Shown here piece by piece: positions 14,466-64,000 of a stretch of 64,000 nt of DNA. Position numbers and translations under genes: made by a program. Under the pieces are notes generated by a model. That model worked only from the letters and a program-made list of their open reading frames with translations. It had not been told where the DNA came from and made no database searches. The stretch comes from Harriotta raleighana (taxonomy: Eukaryota): assembly GCA_050575255.1 (NCBI GenBank), contig JBNZDD010013732.1:20532244-20596243 (forward strand), in the 5' to 3' direction. Each line of letters starts with the position of its first letter. The first letter of the stretch is position 1.

Positions 14466-17134
14466 TGTTGCAACGTTAACGGTGTATTTGCTTTCCTTTG
14501 TATTCAGCCATGAGTTCTCAGCATTGTCAGCAATTTCTGTTTTTATTGATGACAATGCTAGTCAGACTATTGGGGTCTGTCAAATGCTCCGGGACACTAT
14601 CCCACCTGAAGGGTGTTATATAAATGCAAGTTGTTGTTGCTGGCCCAGTTTCATGATATAACACACTTACTCTTGCTCCACTGGATAATATGTGTCAAAG
14701 TGGGCAGTGCCAAACTCACTGGCCAGACTCCTACTTGCAGTGATGACATTTGCAGATCACACAATAGATAATGAGGATTCACAGCATCAGTCTGAAAGAG
14801 CCAACTTGCAAGCTGTCCATCATTCAAGTGCCTTCCTGTCATAGACAGCACCTCTGTGGAATCCCTTACTGCTTGAGTGCATTGTGACTGACAATCCCCT
14901 GAAGGAAATATTAGCTTTCAAGACAGCACTGTACAAACATTTGATGAATACAAAATACTGCCTTGAGTTTTTCCTTCACAAACTTACTAAACAGTATCAG
15001 TTTGAAATGTTTTACATTGTCTTTCTTCACTACATCTTTGATAAAGTAACCAAATTGTTCATTCATAAGAATGCACATCTATATACACAATGGATAGACA
15101 TTTCCAATTTCTACTTTTATTTGAGGAGGCATTCAGGGTTGCTAGCAGATTATTGGGGAGAAATTCTTCCTTTGTCTAGATTTACTCATACTCTTATTTT
15201 CAGAAAATGTAAAATTTGGCAACTTTTTTAATTCAGCCTTAATTTTGAATTTGGGTTGTTGTAGTTCTTAAAAATGCATGGGATCTTTAATATCCACCTG
15301 AACAGGCAGACAAGAATTTGGTTTAATATCTCATCTGAAGGATGACAACAACAATAAAAACAAATTTACACTTGAACAGCACCTTTCAAGTCAGGATGAC
15401 ATTTCCAACAATGCAACATACCCTGAGCACTGCACTGAATTGTCATCCTAGAGTCCTAGACTATGTGAGTTAAAATTTAAACTTGGATTAAGTATTGCCC
15501 AAATTGTACCACTGAATATACTTTTAAGTTTCAATGTGGGGCTTGAACCCACAATCTTTGACTGTGCTTTGCTGCAATCACTTTTTTCTGCAGAAAGACA
15601 ACTCATTTTTATTATTCTGCCTTCTTCATTCACTGTATTTTGCACTATTTTCTAAAAGAGGTGGGAGAGGTTAAATTGATGTGGCATATAGGAAGCAGTA
15701 GAACAATTCTGACTAGAGGTAACATATCTGAACCGACATCCACACTGAACAATATTCTATTCCATTGTGGACTATTGGCAAAAATGTCTGTTGTATACTT
15801 TAAAATCTTCTCCATCTCTTACCAATAAATAGGATAGGTGAGAGTACCTTGAGGGTCTGTGGATTAGAATGCTTTGCAATGTATGTTGATGGATCAATTA
15901 GAACTAGAATTCAGCTTCATCTTTCCACATCTTAATTGTCCTGAAGGTTTTTATTTTTGCATTCACTAATATGAAACTGCTGTTCAGATTGATGATGCTT
16001 TACTAAACTTACACGAGTACTGGGGAGCTGTGCTGTAAATAACAGATGGTTGAAAAGTACTGCCCTTTTGAGTTTGCCAAATACTTTTCTTATTTTGATT
16101 TCTAACCTCATAATATTGTATCTTAAAATTGCATTGAAATGCAGTATTGCTTTAATGCAATGCTATAACATTGGGACAGAAATAAAGTATGGGTTATGGA
16201 TATTTTCAGAAAGACAGTTCCTTTTCAAGGAGCTGTATGTTTAATATTATTTATCCTGCCTATTTTCTAGCAGCATAATTCTGTAGATTCATTTTCATGA
16301 AGGTTACAAATGCAAATGTAGCTTACTCTGGCACTGTAATGAAACTGATGCAGGAGCATAGCAGTTTAGTGACCTGAATCTATGATTAGTTGTCTTTCGG
16401 ATGTCTAAAACAGATCAGATTAATTAATTTTCTTGCTTGTTTAAAAACAAATGTAGATTATTCAGACAAGGTTTGGACATAAATAATAAATGGTTTAGTG
16501 ACTTAATTATACATATATCTTCAATATGTCTCGGACAACAAAACTGCTCCCCTGTGAGTGGTTAAGTATTCTATATTAACATTTGATTATTTAATACCAT
16601 TACATATCATATGATTATATGCACACATGATATACCTGCATTTTTATTTTTTCTTGCATTAAATTGCATGTTTTAATTGTAATTCGTAGTTTTATGCAAA
16701 CTTTAATGGTATTATTTTGTTATGTTTATCAGCAAAAACATGAAATATTTTAATGGAACATTTGCTTCTTTTTCGGTGCAAGTGGATAATATTCATTTAA
16801 TGGAACAAAATGCCTGAACTTTTTCTGCTGTTTCATGATCGGGTTTGTAATTAGAAACTTAACAATACCTTTCCTGACCTTTGATTCACCAGTTGAAAGT
16901 TGTTTGAAAGCTGCTATTGGATGAATGTTATTTCATTTTAACTGTCAAAAACTGATCAGGTGGACTGTTATAAAGGCTCCAGAAACATGGAACCAAATTA
17001 TTATTTCAGAATGATCAGAATGACCATTTCAGAACTGCTTAAATATTAAAGATATTAAATCGTAAATTGGACTTCACAATTGCCTTCCACAAATACCTAT
17101 ACATATCCGAATGTTTCCATGGTTGAATCTCTCA

Positions 17135-17688
17135 TGGCGTTAGCCTGGCTCAAAGATATCACTTTCTTCTTTGATTCAGAAAGTTTTGGGTTCAATTTGG
17201 GTACTTTGAGCTCATACTCCAGTCTGATACAGCAATGTGGTGCACTGGGGGAGGGGTGCTCTCTATTACCAGAGGTTCTGTTCCTCGGATGAAACATCAA
17301 ACAAAGTCCAGTCTGCCTAATTAAATATACAATATAAACAAAAACTTATATTTATATTGTGCCCCTCGTGCAGAATAGTGTCCCAGAGCCCTTGACAGTG
17401 GTGTTTCCATATTCATATATTCAGATGTATATTCATGTATTAATATATATCTAATTCAATCCACATTCATATTTCAGATTTGTTGAAGATTCCATAGTAG
17501 TTTTTGAACAGGGAGTTTCTCTCGGTGTCCTGGCTAACATTCCCCCGGATAATTTTAGTCATTCATGTTGCGGCATATTGGCTGCTTTTGCCTACAAATA
17601 CATAGTCAATAATAATAGTAAATATTTTTGTGAAACACTAAGAATTTCCAATGTAATGGGCTATTTTAAAGGCAGGGATTATTATTTC
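17135..17688 (+). mobile_element. Deu-domain tRNA-SINE, degenerate
   Basis: Head gcctggctca...ttcagaaagttttgggttcaa; core ggagtttctctcggtgtcctggctaacatt; tail gcagggattattatt. Confidence 0.55.
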
Positions 17689-20600
17689 TAGCCTACCCAT
17701 TCATAATTAAGTGAGACTATTTCTGTGTTTTATATAAATGGATGAAATAACCATTCATATCAACTATTGGATGTAGATTCATTTATAAAATAAAAATGAA
17801 AAAAACGGTAGTTCCCGCTGGTCTACAGGACTGACTATTATGTCAAGAAAGGAGGTTCATTATGAATCAATACAGTGGAATGCGAGATTGGATGGATTAT
17901 CTGGGGTTGACCTTGTGCTAAAAAATACTGGAGTTTAGCATAGAATCACCATAATTGTTGTGCAGATTCACTGCAAAACATACAGGGTAAATAATGGTTG
18001 AGCGGGAGCTGGAACTCCATTGCTGACAAGACCTGGAGATGCTGGTACTAGGATCAGTTTGATTCCCCACACTGCTGTATAAATGCAAAATGAATTGCCA
18101 ACTCCATTCCTCTGTGGCCTCCTGAATGCCCTCAAGCAGTTTTCATTCAATTTCCCTTGAAAAGTGAGAAATATAAATCAAGCTGAAATGAATTAAACTA
18201 AACTTCAGTAATTGAAAAGTATACTCTATAAGAAAAACTTTTGAAATGAGATTTACATATTTTGAACATTGATTGTGAATTTATTAAATGTTTGAAAACA
18301 TGCCTGATAAAATGATTTGTCAGAAATATATGAATATATGAAAGCACTGAGGTCAAAGTGGCTTGTTGCAGCCAGTTAGGTTTTACATTTGATGGAGGCC
18401 AAGGCCTTTCCGAGTGCCTGTCTGTCCTATCAATCTTCTATCAATCTGTAAAGCAGACCAAAACAATTATCTCACTGCATGGCTGATATAAATAAATTAT
18501 CAGATCTTTTTGGAGCTTCTATAGTTATTTCCTATCTGATATCTACTTATCACTGTAACATGATTGACCCTGACTGTATCCTTCTATGAGATACTTTTCC
18601 ATGTTCTCTGTGATTTGTGAAATCGCTGTCATTCGCTCAGGAGCACAGGTTTCTTATTACCACCCGCTACCTCAATTTCAGGGGAATTATGAGTACGGTG
18701 ACATAGGTGACCGGCTGTCTGTTATACAATCAAGCATCACTTCTGGGTAGATTGAATCTGATGGTTGTGCTGGACATTCACCTCAACCAGCAATAGGAAG
18801 GCAATTAAAGAACCCCATTAACACTAAAAGCAAGCATGTATAAAAACATCACACCTACTCAAAGAATGAAATGGAGAATTTTCTCCCAATAGATTAAATT
18901 TATTTTGATGGACTCTGCCATTCCCTGGGTCAACTGTTTGATGAATTATGATGGATACTTGTAGGCAAAATTCATGTTTTAATTGTTGTTTAAAGCATTT
19001 GCCAAATGATACAATTTGTAAACAAACAAAATAATAAATTAATGACAGTCCTTATTTAATTTTGAATTCACTATTAATTCACCATACAGTGAATTATGAA
19101 TAATTATGTGATAAGAGATATGGATATAATTTAAAATCCAAAGTACAAATTAGATTTATTTTGGCAGACTAATCTATAGTAGATTTATATATGCATGATA
19201 AATATTTCCACAAGTGAGCTGAACTGCAAGTAAATTATGGTCAGCTAGAGATGCGATCAATCATTTATTCCTTTCTGCACATCACACACATAAATGTGAT
19301 TGTATTTTTAAAAATTTAATTTCAGTAAGTAGTATTGTTTTCTAGCATATGTTATTGCAAAATATTATTCTACATCACACTGACTGCAAGATATCAAGCG
19401 GCATTGTCAATTTTCATCCATCTATTTAGCCAGTTTGTTTAACTCATGAGAAGACCTCACTCACTTAATGCAAGTAGCCAATATTCATTTCTTATTTCGT
19501 AACTTTGCAGGAGATGACAATGGTAATCTGGCAATTGATTTTAATTAGAGGGCTTGATTTTGAATTGCTGTTTCTGACATATTTGATATTGTTTATTTGA
19601 AAAATAGGCAAAGATAGATTGTGTTTGCTTGATCGAGATGCTGGTGAATGTTTCCCATTTACCAATGTCAGTCGTGACTTATTGTACAAACTTTGCCAGC
19701 AATAGGATATTTGCACATATGTTGTTGTGGTAAATTAAACTAGATCTGTAAATAATTTTGAAATACATGAGTTAGAGATAGCCAATGAATAAATAAAAAA
19801 TAATATCCTTACATTTGCTGTAATGCCTTATCACATCTTCAGGGTGTATCAAAGTGCTTAAAATACAATGTATATAAAAGCACCATTTTAAAAAACGATT
19901 TACAGTAATTTTAAAGACGGAAAATGCTGAAAAGCAGAGCAAATTGATAAGCCGGGGAAAGGGAAGGGTACCTTAATATTTCAGCTTTCACTCATCAGAT
20001 CATAGTTGCTTTTTGGTCATGCACATTTGTAATTCCCCAAATTGTTTTCATAAACACTATCCATAGCATTTAACATTTATTTAGTTGAATACATTGCAAT
20101 CTTTATTGATATATTTTTCCTTAAGGGCATTTTTTTTGTTCATGTCAGAACCCAATACGAAGTACAACTTCATGTTACAAAAAAAATTTCATGATAATAT
20201 TCTGTGATCGAATCTAAATGTTGGATGTACCTGGGAATTTTCTGGAAAAATTCTCTTAGTTAGGTTACAAGATGCAACAAGAATGATAATTCATTTTGTG
20301 CTTGTGCATTACATTGATCAAAGTAGACAAAATAGTAATTAATATTAAAATGGGGGGGGGGGGGTTAAAGGTTAGCAGAATCTGACGACCAGATAAACTG
20401 CAGCACAAATTTCTGAGTAACTGTTTAACGTTTCATTATTCTACATTCACACTTTGTCTACGAGGAATCCCTAAATCCAATCTAAAGCAAGTTTTTTTAA
20501 ATAAAAACAAGTCAGACTATTTGTGTGTCCGGCAACCAGTGAGCAATTAGGTTTGCCATTTGTCAACGAAGATCAGAGAAGCGCCTTCGCGCCTGTGTCC

Positions 20601-20894
20601 ATTAATGATTGAAACATCTCAGTTGACTTTTCAGTTCGATCAGGCACTGTATGAAATGTCAGGTTTTATTATTATTGATATTGTTGTTATTATTGTTATT
20701 ACAAACGTTACCTTGGGTATCGCAATGATGTTTTGAACGACCGTTTGTTTGTCACGTGGCAACTCACGCGGAGACAGATGGACCTTTTGAAAAGCGTCGA
20801 CGGTTATAGCCACGTGTCCCGAGAGGTGGGGGGAGGGGAGACAGCGGCTGAGGCTGACAGGGACTGGGGCTGTCTGGGGCTGGCAGGGGCAGGG

Positions 20895-20966
20895 GCTGAG
20901 GCTGTCAGAGGCTGGGGCTGGCAGGCAGAGGCTGAGGCTGTCAGGGGCTGGGGCTGGCAGGCAGGG
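20895..20966 (+). repeat. G-rich 36-bp tandem repeat (gctgaggctgtcagRggctggggctggcaggcagRg x2, with partial flanking copies)
   Basis: Direct reading. Confidence 0.75.
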
Positions 20967-21179
20967 GCTGAGGCACCGGCAGTGACTGGTTGACGCTATC
21001 GCCAGTGACGAGGATGAAGATGATGATGATGATACGTCCTTCAATGAATTCTCTTTCTTTCAATGTCTTTCTCCTCGCAGCGAGTCGCGGGCAGTAAGAA
21101 AAACAACGCGTTTGATTTCACAGAGAGAGAGAGAGAGAGGGGAGAAAAAAAGAGGGAGGCATTTTATTTGTTTTAATTG

Positions 21180-21240
21180 GTGAGTGAGTGAGTGAGTGAG
21201 TGAGTGGGTGGGTGGGTAGGTAAGTAAGTGAGTGGGTGGG
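21180..21240 (+). repeat. (GTGA)n/(GTGG)n microsatellite
   Basis: Direct reading. Confidence 0.85.
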
Positions 21241-23163
21241 TTGAGGAGCGGGAAGAGAGAGTAAGGCCCAGAGCCGTTTGAGACTTGACTTTCAGCACCT
21301 CCTCAAGTGGTCAGTACACACACAGCGCACATCACATCTGTTTGTTTATTATTATTTGATCAATCATTCAGTTATTATCAGTGCGTATTTTATTCCCCCT
21401 TACCCCTCCTCCCCCTCCCAAAAAAAACCCCCAGATCTGCCGTTTTTGCCAGAATTCACCTTTTTAGTCAAAAAAGTGAGACTGGGGCTGAATGTAAATT
21501 TGATTCCCTTTCACCCCTCCCCCACCCTCCCATAATTTTGGGGGATTTAAATCTAAAAAATATATTATTTATTTCATAAATGCATTACATGTTTAAGAAA
21601 TGTATTATGAATAATTATAATTTTTAAGAAATATACATGTGATACATTTATTATCAATAGCGTTATTATTTGTTTAATAAATGTATTAATTTATTAAATC
21701 ACTCCCCCCACCCAAACACGTACACATGCACCCATCTTTCCCATGAATAAAATTCTGGTGGGGGATGGAAATGCCCATCATCTTCGCAGTTGCAATTTCT
21801 CACTTGTGATGGTGTGCGGCAGTTGTTTTGAATAATGTGATTTTAATTTGCAAAACATAAAGCACTTATTTAAACAAAAAGTGAATGCAAGCTAACCAGT
21901 GTTCGTTCTTGCTCCATTTATTTAGTATACAGTACTTTCAAAAGGGTTCAGTGCAGTACAAGCTCTGACTGCTACTGTGAAAATTGTGAAATTAACATTT
22001 ATTGTTATGAAATAGATCTGTTTATATAACACGCCTGATGTTTTCCGTTAAAGAGCTTGTCAATATATACATTGTTTATATCTCACTGATGTAATAATAT
22101 CAAATAATATTTGTGATAAACTTTTTAAAATATATAACACTACAAAAAGATGAACATTCCTTTTTGGTGGAAGTATGTAAAAAGCAATCATAAAATTGGC
22201 AAGGATATGTTGTCTTTACACAGTTCATTGTAAAGTGTAACTTTATTGTAAATTGATGTTGCTTATACAGCTAAAATCAGCTGGTGACTTTCAAAATATG
22301 TGTCCTGACCTTCAAAATATCAACAGTGATCTGCCCATTATGATTAAACTTATTCTGACCCCCCGCTATACACTATAGAATTTTTTTTGATTGATAGATG
22401 CACTGATGTAAGAAAATGTTTCCAAGTGAAGTAAAGTAACAATACAGTCCCAAGTTTGTTTTTCCAAATAGCATGACATAGAATGGATAAAAGCTACGCC
22501 TTTTGCATGAAAATGAGTTGCAGAATCTATTACTGCTGATTCTGAAATTAGAAACAATTTTCCTATTTTTCTTCAAATCTTGCGTTGAAGAATACTGTAC
22601 ATATTTTAGTTTTAAAATGGTGTTCCCAGCTTGTTGCCAGTAAAGGTGACAGAAGCGCAGGAGCATCAAAATGTTTGGAACCACATGTGGTGCTAGATAC
22701 AATTTTTATGGCAGATTCACAACATATTATTGTGTCTGACTGTCTATACTGCATACTGCCCACCAAACTTGTTCCATGATGGTCTGTTTCACTGCAGCAT
22801 AACCTTTTTAAAAAATGGAAATGAGACCTTTACATCCCTTATTATTTGTGGGAGATGTAACCCTTCTGCCCTGCCCCTTGCCCCCTCCATAATATCTCTT
22901 TCAGGCTCTGAACTAAATTGGTGCTCCGTTCACAAAAAGCCTCACTGATTTAAGGGCTTAGCAAACAAAACACAATCTTAAGAAAGTAATTCCACAATAT
23001 GTGTTTACAAGCAGAGATGAATTTTATATATTATAAGAGTTAGAAATATTTGGAGTGGGGAAAAAAGCACTTTGCGGAATAAGCAGTAGTTGCAATTTAT
23101 AATTTCATAATGCTGTTGGTTTGATTGATGTTTTGAAAGGATTACATTGTGAAATAGGGAGCC

Positions 23164-59770
<36,607 letters not shown>

Positions 59771-59867
59771 GGGCACAAGATGTTGATCTGAAGTGAAACC
59801 AATGGACATAGATGATTTTTTTTGCATATTTAATCTGTTGATCTGTTTCTGTTTTCTTTATCAGAAA

Positions 59868-59873
59868 AATAAA
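59868..59873 (+). terminator. Candidate polyadenylation signal of OGDHL
   Basis: First AATAAA after the stop codon, about 100 nt downstream. Confidence 0.5.
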
Positions 59874-62800
59874 ATGTCACAAACATTTTAGACATTAATG
59901 TTGTCTAAATTGGCTGGTTATTTAGAAAGGCACTTCTGTTGGGTATTTTCTTCTATTTATCAATGTGCAGAATATTTTAATTAATGACATTAATGACATT
60001 CCTATAAGACTTGATAAAGCATCTTTATTTACATATTTAATATTTCTGCTTTAAAAATGGTCATCAGTTTAGTTGAATAATGCAGCTGTTTTGTGAGCTA
60101 GCTCTTGATGAAGAATCTTAATTGGTTGGCAATTGACAAGTCAAAGTGTAAGAATATGTTATAATCTGATGCCATTACAAAATATTATTTCAAGTAACTC
60201 ACAGAATTGATTTCTAACTGAATTACTACTTACTGTTAGATTGCTCAAGGAATTCAGATTGCCAATAATTGCTAATCCACCGTTGTCAGAGGAGGCAATT
60301 CAAGAAAATTGGATAAAAATCAATGCACTATTAAACCTTGCAATTCGTTCCATCTATTTGAGAACCAAAGCAATTTAAGGTAGGTAGAGTAAAATAACTT
60401 ATCATCTATTGAGTAGGGCACTTAGTCAGTGCTTTTGAAATCCCAAATTATGGAACTAAACACAAACCTAACATCTCCAGGATTAACATAAATAGCAGAG
60501 AAATGCTATTCATAAATAGCAGAAATGCAAGAGTCGATTTATCATTTTTTAAAAAACAAAATCAAAGAAATTAATTATGAACACCCGCCTAATTTTATTG
60601 GTAAGAAGAGGTAAAGATTTCTTCTGTTTATCCCTTGTAGCTGAAATTTGTAGCAAAATATCTGCAGATCTTCCTAGGATAATCATTTACAGTTATTGAC
60701 AGGAATGTAATAATAAATTGTGTGTACTCTGAACTGTTCCCATACTTTCCAGTCCCTTTTCAGATCATTGATTGATCAAAAGTTGCAATCAAAGAATACC
60801 TTTGTTGAAATAATATTAAGATCTTGATTTTTTTATTGCTTGTACATTTAAAATATTTGGATGATAAATATGTTAGAGATTGCTTCAGTAGAACTGTGAA
60901 TATAAATGGCACATATTAGAGCTATAAATTCACTTTACAGTATATTCTGTGAAGCGCTTTGAGATGTCAACAAGATGTGAAAAGCGCTATTTCAAATGTA
61001 AGATTATTATTATATTTATAGTAAAACTGACGTCTCTTAGAACTTATAAACATACAAATTATTTTCAGAGTATATAAAGCGTTTCTGCAGTGATCACCAT
61101 GACAAAGACACTACACAATCAGCTGCTCATTAAGCCTCTACATGAATTTCAGAAAGTGACCCTTTCCTATTTATTCTGATGTATCTGTAATGTGTTTGAA
61201 TTTGTTAAACTGTACCTTCCCTCTTAATTAAATAACATAAATCAGATTTGGAGGCTTATGTTTTGAATTGAATGGAAGATTTAACAACATTACAATCCTT
61301 TTGGTAAATGTTTATCTAACAATTTAATTTATTCTATTTGAACGAATAAACACACAGTATTAATTATTTCAGTTCTTAATTGATTCATTTTGGTACTTTT
61401 ATGTCAGAAAATTATTTTGTCCATAGAATCAGTAAACATTTGATTAGGACAAGTTAGATTACAAAATTCAACTAAAAAAGATGGTTCCTATATGTAAATG
61501 TGCTAAATTAAACATTGTTTGTCCATAGGTTGCAATGGGAAGAAATCGACTTCAAACATAGAATTAGGGAATTAAATGATTGAGTTATTGAATTAACAAC
61601 AACAACAACAACGACAAAATTACATTTGTATAGCGTTTTTCACATCAGGAGGACGTGCCAAGGTGCTGGACAGTTATTGATTCAGTTATTAATTAAATTG
61701 AAGGTATGTTATTTTCAGATTTTTTTTTAATACTTTAAGTAACCATTTATGAATCACTGAAAAACAACAGCACATTGAAAAATAAACACACTGTAAAAAT
61801 ATCTTTATTCGTAACTTTCTTAAATCAAATGTTTACTAATTTGCCATAATGCTATCAAATTGTAATGTTTTCAATGTTTGATTCACTGATTTGGATAATG
61901 AAATCCATCAAGGAGTGTTGATTAGATATTTTTATGTGTAAAGGCCATCTAATTTTCAATTAATTGCAAGGATGCTTTTATTAAAAGTAGATCCAGAGTG
62001 ATAAAGATCATAATAGAGAAATGCCATTTAAATCATCAAGCCCACAAGATGCCCTCGACAACTCAAAGTCAATTCTGAGGGAGTGTTCCCTTAACCCTAA
62101 AGACAAATGAGCAAATCTCCTAAATATCTATCTTTGCTTATCCATAATTTATTTAATTACATTTATGAAATATATGGTTTTGCAAATGACCCAACAGTGA
62201 AGTAGTGATTGAGTAGTTCATGATATGTTTGAAAAGTGGAAATGTATCCTTAATCTTAGTCTATTAATATACTATTTTAAAAAGCTTTAAGGCCAATAAC
62301 TGAATAATGTATATACCATTCAGAAAGGACCTTCACACAAGAAAGGTAAGTGAAGTGTTACATCAGCCTGTTTTTTTTTACCAGTTGCCAAACACCTGTC
62401 AGTAGATTGTACCCAGGAGACTCCCCAGTTAGTAATAAAGTTGCAAAGTATATTGGCATAAGATTGGCTTTGGCCCTTTGATGCAGCATGAAATGTTTTA
62501 TTAGAGTTTTAACTTTTAGTGAATAACAGCTGCATCTTGTTCACCTTATGCCCATTCATTAAGTTGCCTTGGTACAAAACATTTAAAAAGTCAAAATGTG
62601 ATTTGAAAAAAGGATACCAAACTGTCCCAAGAGAGCTTTCAATACTAATACTGAAATGCCAGGGTAAAAACTTATTTCAGCAACATTTTGTAAATACATA
62701 GTGTATTTCTTGTAGGGAAATGTATTGAATCAGATACAAGCCCTTTTACATATTGCAAATATCTATTGAATAAAGTCTCTTCTACATTTGCCAGTGAATT

Positions 62801-64000
62801 GGATTTTACTCAAATGTTAATTGATGTTTTTAAAACTCACCAATGTCTAAAGTAATTAAGGACCCCATCAGAGTGGAAGGCAAGCACCCATTTAAAATTC
62901 AATCGTATCACCAACCTATTGTAAAGGAACACACAATAAATGCATTGAAAAATAATGAGCTTCAAAGAATTGCAAGAGATATTGTCTGTGCCGACTCTAT
63001 AAAAAGAGTAATTTAATCCCACTCCCCAGCTCTCTCCCCATAACCGCACAAACCCATCCTCCCCAAATAAATGTCTACCTCCCCTTTAAAAGTGTTATCA
63101 AATTAGCCACCACCACCTTTTCAAGCAATGCATTCCAGGTTTGATTAAACCCACAAGGGCTTATTGGAATTGATTTCAACTGTGAAAAGGAAACAACTGG
63201 AGCATAATATTTGCTAATAATTACATCCCATAACTTCCACAAATTAAAACCAAGAAAGCCATTATTGTAAAGTTCCTTTTGTTTTTTCTGTTGCATCCAG
63301 ACTTAATGGACTTTTAAAAAAAAAAGGGTAGCTTAGGATAAGTAATGAATGTTTGGAAAATCTGGGTGATGCCGCTCAGCAAAGGTATGAGTGGAACGCT
63401 TCTAGATTAAATTCCTGAACCTAAATTACAGCACTAAATTAGGTAAATACAAAATTCAGAACCATTAACTAGACTATCAAATATATCCGTCCCAATGTTT
63501 CATTGTGTATTCCTCAAAAGCAAAAAGACCTCCAAACATAAATTGGTCAAAGAGAATGAGGGATTAAGTTAAAGTGATTTTAAAAACAAGTTTTCACAAT
63601 AATAATCCTTGCATTTGATACAGCGCTGTTCATGTTTTTAAATGTCTCAAAGTGCTTCGCAGAATATGTTGATCGCGGGAGTTACGTTCCTGGAAAACTG
63701 CACACTCAATGCATTCCAGGTTCGATTAAAGAATCTTAAGAAGTAATGGGAAAAGGGGGGGTAGAGGAATCCAATCACAGGCTACTCGCCTCAAGCCTCC
63801 AAGCACATTTGATGCAAGGTACCTACTGGGACGGGCTACAGCTGGCTGGCCTGCTCCTCGCTCTGCCCACCTCTCCCTGCTCTTGTTGCTCCTCCCCCCT
63901 TCGGAGGCAGGGAGGATTCGGGAAGGTGAGTGGCAGAGAATCGCTCAGGGGCAGGGTTGGGTGGGGACTTGCGGAGGTGGGGGGCAGAGAACCGCGCGGG

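Larger units (their letters stand above)
20520..21260. promoter_or_regulatory. CpG/GC-rich candidate promoter and 5'UTR region of OGDHL
   Basis: Clearest non-repeat CpG-dense stretch in an otherwise CpG-poor window, about 2 kb upstream of the ATG. Two CACGTG E-boxes (20753-20758, 20811-20816), X-box-like motifs, G-rich repeats. Confidence 0.6.

Noticed and set aside
20640-21044. 134-aa minus and 86-aa plus ORFs in the CpG island
   Set aside because: Produced by GC-rich tandem repeats; non-ATG starts, low complexity
61048-61133. Possible alternative terminal exon after ttttcag
   Set aside because: In the phase required by exon 21 it gives only RVYKAFLQ* and would lose the conserved APATG motif; no support

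Overview
AT-rich vertebrate genomic DNA. The repeat content (Deu-domain tRNA-SINEs, L2 and CR1 LINE fragments, Penelope-like ends, Tigger/pogo-type MITEs) points to a cartilaginous fish. The main feature is one complete, intact + strand gene for a mitochondrial 2-oxoglutarate dehydrogenase E1 of the OGDHL type: 22 coding exons (23164-59770), all introns GT-AG, phases consistent, 3024 nt CDS, 1007 aa. A CpG-rich candidate promoter lies at about 20.5-21.2 kb. The ThDP motif and catalytic histidines are intact, but the protein is unusually divergent. The DADLD Ca2+-sensing motif reads DTKFD, normally conserved prolines are changed (NPSHLE>NASHLE, STPAN>STAAN), and the C-terminus is shortened. The first 20 kb and last 4 kb contain no gene I can identify and look intergenic and repeat-rich. 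Smaller points of interest are inverted MITE pairs flanking exons, a long AG-free zone before coding exon 4, direct repeats bracketing exon 19, templated-insertion and snap-back repair scars, and nested transposons. I found no convincing novel multi-gene system. Comparisons to human proteins and repeat families are from memory and were not run as searches.
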